Source of the DNA: Candidatus Spongiisociaceae bacterium
GTDB taxonomy: Bacteria > Actinomycetota > Acidimicrobiia > Spongiisociales > Spongiisociaceae
DNA: 64,000 nt
Direction of reading: 5' to 3'
Assembly: GCA_965262915.1 (NCBI GenBank)
Contig: OZ253564.1
Coordinates: 2,528,001-2,592,000 of the forward strand
In this document: one piece after another, positions 1 to 8,224 of the stretch
Position numbering within the stretch: the stretch's first letter is position 1
How the letters are laid out: each line of letters begins with the position of its first letter
Program-made: the position numbers and the translations under genes
The notes under the pieces: model-generated
Seen by the model: the letters and a program-made list of their open reading frames with translations, nothing else
Told to the model about the DNA's origin: nothing
The model's database searches: none

Positions 1-707
1 TCTTCCTCGACTACATCGCGACTTCGCAGCTGATCCCCGAAGTGGTGGCCGCAATCGTTGCGGGTATCGCGGAAGCCTGCCGGGAAGCGGGCTGTGCGCT
101 GCTCGGCGGTGAGACGGCGGAGATGCCGGGTGTCTACATGCCCGGCGCGGTCGACATCGCCGGAACGATCGTCGGGATGGCCGACCGCGACCGGCTCTGG
201 CCCCGCCTCGACGAGGTGAGGGAGGGGGACGTGGTGGTCGGTCTACCGAGCAGCGGGCCGCATACCAACGGTTACTCGCTGATTCGCCGGCTGATCGAGG
301 GCCGGGAACTGTCGCAAGGCATGGTCGATCGCCTGCTGGCGCCGCACCGTAGCTACCTGCCGTTCGTGCGCTCGCTGCAAGCGGAAGGAGTGGAGCCCAA
401 GGCCTTGGCGCATGTGACCGGTGGTGGCCTCGTCGAGAACCTCCCGCGGGTGCTGCCCTCCGGCCTGGGTGCCACCGTCGAGCTGGGATCGTGGGACGTG
501 CCGGAGCCCTTCGTCAGCCTCGTGGCCTGGAGCGGGATCGATGATGGTGAGGCATTCCGAACATGGAACATGGGTGTCGGTATGGCGGCGGTAATCGATG
601 AGAGTCTCGGGTCGCGGGCCGCCGAGCTGGGCTGTGCGGAGATCGGATCGGTCATACCCGTCGCGGACGGGGGTGACCGGGTGGTGCTCACCGGGTCGTG
701 GCGGTGA
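1..707 (+). CDS. purM: Phosphoribosylformylglycinamidine cyclo-ligase (AIR synthase), 5'-truncated by the window edge
   Basis: Motifs FLDYIA, GGETAEMPG, LPSSGPHTNGYSLIR, AHVTGGGLVENLPRVLP and TWNMGVGM; frame is open from the window start. Confidence 0.95.
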   Translation, partial: FLDYIATSQLIPEVVAAIVAGIAEACREAGCALLGGETAEMPGVYMPGAVDIAGTIVGMADRDRLWPRLDEVREGDVVVGLPSSGPHTNGYSLIRRLIEGRELSQGMVDRLLAPHRSYLPFVRSLQAEGVEPKALAHVTGGGLVENLPRVLPSGLGATVELGSWDVPEPFVSLVAWSGIDDGEAFRTWNMGVGMAAVIDESLGSRAAELGCAEIGSVIPVADGGDRVVLTGSWR

Positions 708-1318
708 CGGGACGGATCGTCGTCCTCGCATCGGGCTCGGGCACCAACCTGCAAGCTTTGATCGACGCAGTCGGGGCGGGCCGGCTTCGGGCCGAGGTGA
801 CCAGGGTGATCGTCAACCGCCGGGGGGCGCCGGCTCGCCAACGGGCCCGCCGCGCAGGGATCCCCGAAGAGTGCTGCCTGCTGGGCCCGTATGTCGACCG
901 TGCTCCCGATCATCTGGCGGCCCGTCACCGCTACGACGCCGACCTGGCCGACGCCGTAGCGGCCGGCCAACCCGATCTGGTAGTGCTCGCCGGGTGGATG
1001 CACCTCCTGTCCATGGCGTTTCTCGATCGGTTTCCGGACCAAGTCATCAACCTCCATCCTGCGCTTCCCGGGACGTTTCCCGGAGCTACCCCCATCGACG
1101 ACACGTGGGCGGCCTATCGAGCCGGCGAGATCAACTCCGCCGGTGTGATGGTTCATCGCGTCGTGGACGAGGGCGTGGACGACGGCCCCGTCATCGCCTG
1201 CGAGGAGGTCCCGATCCACGACGACGACTCGATCGACACACTTACCGAGCGGATCCACCGGGTGGAGCACCGGCTGCTGGTCGACGCGGTGGCAACACTT
1301 CTCGAACGGCGCCGCTGA
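704..1318 (+). CDS. purN: Phosphoribosylglycinamide formyltransferase
   Basis: VLASGSGTNLQAL, LAGWM, INLHPAL, GVMVH and VDDGPVI motifs; GTG start overlaps the purM stop (GTGA). Confidence 0.95.
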   Translation: MTGRIVVLASGSGTNLQALIDAVGAGRLRAEVTRVIVNRRGAPARQRARRAGIPEECCLLGPYVDRAPDHLAARHRYDADLADAVAAGQPDLVVLAGWMHLLSMAFLDRFPDQVINLHPALPGTFPGATPIDDTWAAYRAGEINSAGVMVHRVVDEGVDDGPVIACEEVPIHDDDSIDTLTERIHRVEHRLLVDAVATLLERRR

Positions 1319-1323
1319 CGACC

Positions 1324-1490
1324 GAGAGGTCTGCCTGCAAAACAACTTGCCGTGCTCTGGCAGCCATCGACGCCCCTCGCTACGTTCCGCCGCCTTGATG
1401 TACCGCTGCGGGTACGCCTTCGTGGGCGGGCCTTGCGAGGAACGCCGCTGCCGGCGCATACCACGCCCCCAGTTCACAGACAGACCACCA
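1324..1490. mobile_element. MITE-like repeat family A, copy 1 (~167 bp)
   Basis: Close match to 17797-17963 and 55274-55440; inverted ends GGTCTG(T/C)CTG...CAGACAGACC; internal GTACC-GCTGCG-GGTAC hairpin. Confidence 0.85.
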
Positions 1491-1564
1491 GTTGTCCTGA
1501 TTCCGGGATTCGTTATGGATACCCGGGACGTGCCGGCCATCCCGCCGGGCAGGCGCTGGGGGGT

Positions 1565-1738
1565 CCGAGAACGCGAAAAACACCGGACCGGACCCCTCCG
1601 ACGGGCCCACCCCCAACCGCCACCTCCTCGGTTCCCGAACGCGTCCCGCCATCCCCTGGGTGGGTTCGGCTCCGATAACATGATCCCTGCCCCGGTCCGG
1701 TCGGTACCGCAAAACGGACCGGTGGTGTTTACGGCTAC
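1565..1738 (-). ncRNA. Candidate ~170-nt structured RNA carried by family D
   Basis: Lies downstream of the promoter, has three hairpins conserved across copies and ends near a T-run; expression not shown. Confidence 0.4.
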
Positions 1739-1743
1739 TTACC

Positions 1744-1771
1744 ATTATGCAACGGGGGTGTGACATGTCAA
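1744..1771 (-). promoter_or_regulatory. Sigma70-like promoter inside family D copy 1
   Basis: Minus strand reads TTGACA-N16-CATAAT; equivalent positions read TTGAAC-N17-CATACT (48920-48948) and CTGATC-N17-CATAAT (49411-49439). Confidence 0.6.
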
Positions 1772-2068
1772 TCCCCTTGTGGCGGCGCAGCCGGTCCCTG
1801 CGGGGGCGCTGCGAGTGGGTGGGCATGCCGATCGTGGGACGACGCCGGTTCCTGAACACAGCCAACCAACGACTCAGAATACTAGCACCCAACAGACGCC
1901 GCCGACCAGACGAGTAGTTCCAAGGGGTGTGGGCTGGCCGAAACCGCTATCTTCGACGGTTATTGTCCCAGATCAGAGGCATTTCCTGTCGCATATCAAC
2001 CCCCCAATCCAGAACTTCTGTCGGTGGATTCAGGCTTCGGGGGTCATCAAGCAAGACCGCGGCCCCGG

Positions 2069-2180
2069 TCGTCACAGCCACTGGCGTGCCCGGTGGGACA
2101 CGTCGGCGGTACGACGTAACGTCACCGAATACGGATACGGTCCCTACGGCAAACCAATGCGTGGCGGGCGGCAGTGATGA
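2069..2180. repeat. Possible short inverted-repeat element, single copy in window
   Basis: Imperfect terminal inverted repeat TCGTCACAGCC / GGCAGTGATGA downstream of higA. Confidence 0.3.
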
Positions 2181-2187
2181 GGTTTCC

Positions 2188-2496
2188 TCATGGGCTGGTG
2201 GATGCCAGGGCTGGTATCTCGTGGGGCTCGACGATGATCTGGTCTTCGTGGAGGCGGGCTTGTGCGAGGTCGTAGGCAGCTTGGCGGCGCATCCAGAAGT
2301 CGGCGTTGGACCATCCCGCCTTCTCGAGGCGGATGGCCATCTCCGGTGAGATACCGCTATGGCCGTTGAGGACTCGTGAGAGAGTGACTCGGGCCACGCC
2401 GAGAATTCGTGCAGCTTCGGTGACGGTGAGGCCGTAGCCCTCCACGTAGTTCTCCTTGACGCTGACACCGGGGTGCGCAGGGTTCTTCATGGGCAT
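2188..2496 (-). CDS. higA: HigA-family addiction module antitoxin (HTH-XRE)
   Basis: MKNPAHPG...[23 protein letters not shown]...ISPEMAIRL...[11 protein letters not shown]; RBS AAGGAG. Confidence 0.92.
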   Translation of the reverse strand: MPMKNPAHPGVSVKENYVEGYGLTVTEAARILGVARVTLSRVLNGHSGISPEMAIRLEKAGWSNADFWMRRQAAYDLAQARLHEDQIIVEPHEIPALASTSP

Positions 2497-2511
2497 GGTG
2501 CCTACTCCTTT

Positions 2512-2795
2512 CTAGTGGTAGTCGATCAGGTTCACGTCGCGGACGTGGCCTCCTTCGCCGAATCGGAAGACGATTCGCCAGTTCTTCGAGAGCGGGATGC
2601 TCCAGAGTCCTTCCAGGTCGCCTTTGAGTGGGTGAAGCCGGTAAGTAGGTGCGTTGAGGTCTGATGGCTGGGCTGCGTTGTCGAGGTCGGATAGTGCTCT
2701 GGCGATCCGCTTTGCGTAGTTGGGGTGTAGTTGTCGATAGTCGTCACGTTCGTATGCTCTCTATCGAGCCCTCGGTGGCGGAAACTCTCAATCAC
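2512..2795 (-). pseudogene. higB: HigB/RelE-like toxin, frameshifted near codon 12
   Basis: MIESFRHRGL start; a second frame gives YRLHPLKGDLEGLWSIPLSKNWRIVFRF...VNLIDYH-stop; span 284 nt = 282+2, consistent with an extra GA in an AGAGAG tract near 2757-2762. Confidence 0.88.
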
Positions 2796-2803
2796 ACAGA
2801 GCT

Positions 2804-2832
2804 ACTATAACGTGTATCGTTACAGTTGTCAC
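2804..2832 (-). promoter_or_regulatory. higBA promoter with overlapping palindromic operator
   Basis: Minus strand GTGACA-N17-TATAGT ends 8 nt before the GTG; inverted repeat TAACG-N5-CGTTA overlaps the spacer and -10. Confidence 0.65.
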
Positions 2833-2839
2833 ACATGTT

Positions 2840-4312
2840 TCACAGATAGAACTGCTGTTCCCCGGTGGCGTCGACGGGGGCGGGGAAGCTCCAGGTCCAG
2901 CCTTCGCGGCCCATGTCCTCGTCCTCGGACATCGAGTGCGGCCGGGGCATCCGGTCGTGCACCGACAGGGACATGGAGCGCATCAACTCGGCAGTCAGCG
3001 CGTTGTCGAGTCGCCGGTATACCTCCGCATGTTCGGGGCCGGCGATAAGGTTGAGTTGTTCGTCGGGATCGGTTCGGAGGTCGAACAGCATGGCTTCGCC
3101 CGATGAGTACTTGCTGAGCTTGTAGCGGCCGTCGAAGGCCATCCAGGCGGAGCTGAGCATCCCGAAGATGTGGCGGCGGGGAGACGGGGCGTCGAGACCC
3201 AGGCCCGGCAGCGGTCGGGAGTCCATGTATCCGGGGATGTCGCATCCTGCCAGGGCCAGCATGGTCGCCGTCACGTCGCGTAGCTCCACGAGTTCCGAGC
3301 AGGTGGAGCTCTCCTCCCTTCCCGGCACCCGGACCAGCATCGGTATGTGGGCCGAGGCCTCGTAGAAGGTGGCCTTGCCGTCGATCCCGTGGTCGCCGAG
3401 GTGGTCGCCGTGGTCGGTGGCGAACACGATGACGGTGCTGTCCAGGAGGTCGTTGCACCGGAGGGTGTCGATGATCCTGCCGACTTCGTGGTCGATCTGC
3501 TTCACGAGCGCCGTGTAGTGGGCCCGGGCGTCCTTCATCTCGTCCTCGGTCCAGGTCTCGATGTCCATGCCCATGCCGGTGCGGATCCGGATCCTCGCCT
3601 CACGCAGGGTCTGCCCGTGTGACGGAGAGGGAGGTATCGGATCGGGCATGTCTTCTGCCCGGTAGGTGTGCGGGAAGTCGGTGGCGGGGTCGTACGGGTC
3701 ATGAGGACCGGGAAAGCCCACCATAAGGGCGAAGGGTCCGTCGCGGCCGTAGGTGTCGATGAAGCGGCGGGCTTCGCGGCCGGTGAAGCGGTCCCACGAA
3801 TGCTCCCAGGGCACATCGGTGTGCGCGACGCCCTTGCGTTCGATGTAGTCGCCGTAGGCGTCCCATCCCAGCTTCTCGAGGCCCCGGTCCTTGAGGTAGT
3901 GGTAGTAGTCGTCCCTGATGAGGGCCCACTGCTTGTCCTCGCAGGCCACCCGGTACTGGAAGCCGTGGAGGCTGTCCCACGGGTAGAAGTGCATCTTCCC
4001 GACGGCGGCCGTGTAATAGCCGGAGGCGGCCATGATCTGCGGCCAGGTGCGGATCCCGGCTTCGTTGTAGTCGGGTCGGAGGGTGTGGAGGTTGTCGGTA
4101 ACTCCATTGCGGACGGCGTCCATGCCCGTCAGCAGGGCCATCCGGGCCGGCACGCAGATCGGTGACGCGGAATAGGCATTTTCGTAGAGCACCCCTTGGT
4201 GAGCTATCCAGTCGATGGCAGGTGTGTCTATGAACGGAGCGCCGTAGCACGACAGGAAGTCGCGACGGAGTTGGTCGGGGAACAGAAAGACGATGTTCGG
4301 TGGTCGTTCCAC
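2840..4312 (-). CDS. Formylglycine-dependent (Cys-type) sulfatase
   Basis: PNIVFLFPDQLR, CVPARMALLTG (CxPxR), GKMH, PHDPYD and TDHGDHLGDHG motifs. Confidence 0.93.
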   Translation of the reverse strand: MERPPNIVFLFPDQLRRDFLSCYGAPFIDTPAIDWIAHQGVLYENAYSASPICVPARMALLTGMDAVRNGVTDNLHTLRPDYNEAGIRTWPQIMAASGYYTAAVGKMHFYPWDSLHGFQYRVACEDKQWALIRDDYYHYLKDRGLEKLGWDAYGDYIERKGVAHTDVPWEHSWDRFTGREARRFIDTYGRDGPFALMVGFPGPHDPYDPATDFPHTYRAEDMPDPIPPSPSHGQTLREARIRIRTGMGMDIETWTEDEMKDARAHYTALVKQIDHEVGRIIDTLRCNDLLDSTVIVFATDHGDHLGDHGIDGKATFYEASAHIPMLVRVPGREESSTCSELVELRDVTATMLALAGCDIPGYMDSRPLPGLGLDAPSPRRHIFGMLSSAWMAFDGRYKLSKYSSGEAMLFDLRTDPDEQLNLIAGPEHAEVYRRLDNALTAELMRSMSLSVHDRMPRPHSMSEDEDMGREGWTWSFPAPVDATGEQQFYL

Positions 4313-4344
4313 GTCGGCACCCCGAAGGGTAGGTCACACCATCA

Positions 4345-4556
4345 GGTCGCGAAAATCGCTCCGGCCGGCCTGTCCGCAGGCCCCGCCCCCGCCACCACCG
4401 TTCCTGGGACGGGAACGCGTCCTGTCCCGCCGGCAGCGGGGCGACCCGGCTCCGAGATTTGTGATCCCTCGGGGTGATCGAGTGACGTCGGGTTCGAGAC
4501 CGCGCGGGTGTTTGGTATTACCCATAGTGCGACAACGGGTGCGACGACAACCCCGG
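4345..4556 (-). ncRNA. Diverged copy of the family D core without IS630 ends, in the sulfatase 5' region
   Basis: Collinear blocks shared with D copies on the + strand: CGCGAAAA, CCGCCACC, GAACGCGTCC, CGGCTCCGA, TGATCCCT, TGACGTCGG, GGTGTTT. Confidence 0.45.
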
Positions 4557-4938
4557 ACAACGGCAACCGCCGCACGCTTTCACGGCAACAGCCCGTTTCA
4601 TCCCCGGCGTCTGCTATCCCCCATTTCCCGAGCGATCCCGCTGGAAGCCTGACAGACTGGCTGACACGGTGTGGCGTTGCATCCATTGCGGTCTCGAGGC
4701 CCGCTGACAGCCCGACGGGAGATGGGCCTGTGGCGCCCAACTGTGACAGGGTCAACCCCTTTGCGCGGGGATGTTCTTCGCGAGGTGGATGCCGGCGACC
4801 GACACTCCTTCAATCACTACCGGGGGCATCGTTCTACTGGACCCAGGGTTCGAGGTGGACAGGTCCGGGTCGAATCGCAGCCGCGGTGCTGCCAGAGGGG
4901 CGAATACAATCGGCGGTCTACGGATCGGAGGGAGTCGA

Positions 4939-5796
4939 GTGACTATTACTGCCGACGAGGTTGCCTTCTACAGAAGCAACGGGTTCGTACGCATCGAGAA
5001 CGTATTCGACCAAACCGCGGTCCGGGCGATGCAAGAGGCAACGGAGGGCTTCGTCGAGCGATCCAGAGCCGTGGTCCGGTCGGACGAGGTCTTCGACCTG
5101 GGCCCGGACCACTCGCCGGATGTACCGCAGCTGCGGAGGATCAAGGATCCCGAGAGGCGACACCCGGCGTACGAGAAGGTGCACAAGGCCCCGGCGTTGC
5201 TCGAGATCCTCGCCTACCTGCTGGGTCCCGACATCCGGGCTCATTCGAGCAAGCTCAATCTGAAAGGCCCCGGTGCCCGCACCGCGGTCGAATGGCACCA
5301 GGACTGGGCCTACGGCGGCGCCACCAACGACGACATCCTGACGGTGGGGATCGCCGTCAGCGACGTGACGCTCTCGAACGGGTGCCTGCTGGTCGTGCCG
5401 GGGTCCCACCGGGGCAAGATCTGGGACCACTACCAGGGTGAGGAATTCGTCGGAGCGGTCACCGACCCGGCTTTCGACCCGGCCGGCGCGGTGCCGATCG
5501 AGTTGGAGGCCGGGTCGATCTCGATCCACAACATCCGTCTGCTGCACGGTTCCGCACCCAACACCTCGACCATCCCTCGGCATCTGTTGCTGTACGCGTA
5601 TTCCGCGGCCGACTCGTGGCCTCTCTCCGGGGTCGCCGATCTCGACGCCTACGACGACCAGATGCTGCGGGGGACAGCCCCCCGAGCGCCCCGCCTCGAG
5701 AAGGTGCCGATCGGTCCGATCCCGCGCTGGCCGGAGACGGGACCCACCACCCTCTTCGCCCTGCAAGACCGGTTCGAGGGCGCCCGCTATCGGTAG
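4939..5796 (+). CDS. Phytanoyl-CoA dioxygenase (PhyH) family Fe(II)/2-oxoglutarate oxygenase
   Basis: FYRSNGFV, WHQD, NGCLLVVPGSH and LLHGSAPNTS motifs; GTG start after a GGAG RBS. Confidence 0.9.
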   Translation: MTITADEVAFYRSNGFVRIENVFDQTAVRAMQEATEGFVERSRAVVRSDEVFDLGPDHSPDVPQLRRIKDPERRHPAYEKVHKAPALLEILAYLLGPDIRAHSSKLNLKGPGARTAVEWHQDWAYGGATNDDILTVGIAVSDVTLSNGCLLVVPGSHRGKIWDHYQGEEFVGAVTDPAFDPAGAVPIELEAGSISIHNIRLLHGSAPNTSTIPRHLLLYAYSAADSWPLSGVADLDAYDDQMLRGTAPRAPRLEKVPIGPIPRWPETGPTTLFALQDRFEGARYR

Positions 5797-6994
5797 AACC
5801 GACCCTACCGGTGACGCCGAAGAACTGCGCGTCCGTGGCTATCTCGAACGACTCGTCTTCTCGCCCGACTCTGTAACCGGGTGGATCGAGGGCCGCGGCA
5901 CCGACAACTACATAAACGAGAGGTACGACAGCGTTGTGGGGTGGGTGCCCACGGCGGGCACGTTCCGGCACGGAATCGACGGGTCTGTCACCCGCTATAG
6001 CTACGACTCCGGCGGAGCCCGCCGCATGATCCAGCACAGGGAAGCTCCCTGCCGGATCAACACCTACGGGAACAGCTTCACCCATTGCGACCAGGTGAAC
6101 GACGGGGAGACGTGGCAAGAGGTCCTGGCCGCGCACATCGGCGAACCCATCCGGAACTACGGGGTCAGCGGTCATTCCGTGTACCAGATGTACCTCCGAA
6201 TGCGACGGGAGGAGGCGAGTACGCCGACTCCGTACATGATCGTCAACATCTACAACGACGATCACACGAGGAGCCTGTTCGGTTGGTCCGCCCTGAACTT
6301 CATGGTCCGAAGTACCGAGGCCATCCGGGAAGCCATCAAAAGACCGACGATGCCATACGTCGAGGTCAACCCCGCTGCCGGTAGCTTGGCGGAACGCGGG
6401 AATCCCTGCCCCACGCCCGAATACTTGTTCGATCTGTGCGACGCCGAGTGGGTCTACGAGCGGTTCAAGGAGCTCCTACCGGTGAAGGTCCTGGCCGCCG
6501 GCGCCGGGCTGGGACACCGGACAGCGGAGGAGAGCCGTACGGAGGTGATGGAAATCGCCGTGCAATACGGACTCACACCACCGCCGGCGGGTCTGGACGG
6601 GCTCTACGAGAAGCTGGAGGCCATGTACACGGAAGCGGCGCTCTTCGCCAGCATGCGCATCGTGGCCGCGATGGAGACGTTCGCGGCCCGTCACAACAAG
6701 CAGATCCTCTACGTGCTCTCCCATACCGAGAAGCATTTGGGTGGAGCGCTCCGATATGGCTCACGGGCCGACCGACCCTTCGTGGACTTCCTGGGGGAGA
6801 ACGGGTTGCCCTTTGTCGATCTGATGGAATGGCATCGCAAGGAGTTCGCGACGACCGACCTGAGCGTGGACGAGTATCTCAGGCGTTACTACATCGGCCA
6901 TTACAACCCCACGGGCAACCACTTCACCGCCTTCGCCATCAAGGACAGCCTGGTGGGAGTCCTGGAGCCGAAGCCCGTGGCATATCTCGATTAG
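5789..6994 (+). CDS. Hypothetical protein with SGNH-hydrolase-like blocks; start uncertain
   Basis: INTYGNSFTH, NYGVSG and C-terminal GHYNPTGNH; coding-like composition begins at the PhyH stop, with no nearby ATG/GTG/TTG. Confidence 0.65.
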   Translation: MGRTDPTGDAEELRVRGYLERLVFSPDSVTGWIEGRGTDNYINERYDSVVGWVPTAGTFRHGIDGSVTRYSYDSGGARRMIQHREAPCRINTYGNSFTHCDQVNDGETWQEVLAAHIGEPIRNYGVSGHSVYQMYLRMRREEASTPTPYMIVNIYNDDHTRSLFGWSALNFMVRSTEAIREAIKRPTMPYVEVNPAAGSLAERGNPCPTPEYLFDLCDAEWVYERFKELLPVKVLAAGAGLGHRTAEESRTEVMEIAVQYGLTPPPAGLDGLYEKLEAMYTEAALFASMRIVAAMETFAARHNKQILYVLSHTEKHLGGALRYGSRADRPFVDFLGENGLPFVDLMEWHRKEFATTDLSVDEYLRRYYIGHYNPTGNHFTAFAIKDSLVGVLEPKPVAYLD

Positions 6995-7008
6995 CAGCTC
7001 CGGGAGCC

Positions 7009-7899
7009 CTATGCGAGGATCTCGGCGAGTTCGATCAGCAACTCACGACTAGGATCAGCGCCTCGCTTCATCGCCTCGAGGGTTATCTTCTCGAAGAGAT
7101 CCTCGCCGATACCCTCCTCGTCGGCGAGTTGCTTCAGCGTCTCCCGGTGTGCCCGTAGATCGGGAATGGACTTCTCCGCCTGCCACAACCTGGGAAGGCG
7201 CGCCGGATATGTCAACGTATTGATCGACAGCCTTACCAGGTCGCTGGTATTCGGAATCGCCCGGTGGACGGCGCAACTGTGAAACATCAGGAAGTCACCC
7301 GCCTCCATCGCGGACGAGGACCAGACACCACCCACATTCTCCGGGAGAATGCCCTTCTGCGTACGATCCTTGAAGCCATAGGAGAGGACACCGGGAAGCT
7401 CCACGTGATCGCGGACGCCACGCCGGTGGGATCCCGCCGCGATCGCCAGTCCCCCGTTGGCGAGCTCGAGGTCCATGAGCGGAATCCAGATCATCCGGAA
7501 CTGATCCGTCTGACGGATGAAGAAGTGATCCTGATGGTTGAGCGTCAGGTACACCGCATCGGTGGGCATCGAGTAACGGAACCCGACCGAAGGGGCGATG
7601 TAACCCGGCTCCCCGTAGGCGACATCGATCGCTTCCCGTAACCTGTCCGAGGCCATGATCTCCAGGTACGAGGTCAACGCATACAAGGGGTCGTCGTCCA
7701 CGTCGCCCGACGTCAGGCCCGGCCTGGCCACAGGCTCCGACCCGCCTTCCTCGGCGACTCCCTGCCTTTGCAACTCGGCGACGGCTTCGGCCTTGGCCGC
7801 CAGCACCAGGTCACGGTCGAGGACACCCTTGAAGAGGAGATAACCGTTCTCCTCGAACGAAGCGCGTATGGCGTCGGGTCCGTCGACGTCGATCCTCAC
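7009..7899 (-). CDS. PhyH-family Fe(II)/2-oxoglutarate dioxygenase
   Basis: FEENGYL, HQD, WIPL, NGGLAIAAGSH and FHSCAVHRAIPN; close paralog of 52453-53397. Confidence 0.88.
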   Translation of the reverse strand: MRIDVDGPDAIRASFEENGYLLFKGVLDRDLVLAAKAEAVAELQRQGVAEEGGSEPVARPGLTSGDVDDDPLYALTSYLEIMASDRLREAIDVAYGEPGYIAPSVGFRYSMPTDAVYLTLNHQDHFFIRQTDQFRMIWIPLMDLELANGGLAIAAGSHRRGVRDHVELPGVLSYGFKDRTQKGILPENVGGVWSSSAMEAGDFLMFHSCAVHRAIPNTSDLVRLSINTLTYPARLPRLWQAEKSIPDLRAHRETLKQLADEEGIGEDLFEKITLEAMKRGADPSRELLIELAEILA

Positions 7900-8224
7900 C
7901 CCTTCGAAAGGAGCGTAAAGCTCGCCTTGGCTCTGTCTGGCATCCTCCTGGCACGACCGACCCCTCGCAGAAATGCAGGTACGTTCTCGTTTTGCTACGA
8001 ACCGTCCCCGCTCGTGGCCACCGGGATAGTCAGGAGCCGTTGCGGGCGGCTATCCCGGTCACTACGGTTCATCAGGGACATGGATCTCTGTATGTATAGT
8101 CCGGAACGGCGGGTGCCGCCGACCTTTTGGCGTTCCGGAATCCGTGTTCTCATCCGGTAAGCAGCGTCGAAGGCGGGCGACTATCCGGCAGGGAAGAGAT
8201 GGCGTCGAGTCGGGGAGGATGACG

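Larger units (their letters stand above)
1489..1885. mobile_element. IS630-ended MITE family D, copy 1 (~395 bp)
   Basis: Left end TGTCCTGATTC matches the IS630 terminus at 49653; body aligns with 48670-49058 and 49158-49550; ends at CTAG. Confidence 0.8.

Noticed and set aside
1565-1738. Calling the family D RNA a bridge RNA, omegaRNA or known riboswitch
   Set aside because: No IS110 recombinase, TnpB or IscB is in the window and I recognise no known consensus; it is left as an unassigned candidate.
1347-1892. Short ORFs recurring near 1.3-1.9 kb, 17.8 kb, 48.6-49.1 kb and 55.3 kb
   Set aside because: The similarity comes from repeat families A and D; frames, starts and stops are not conserved between copies.
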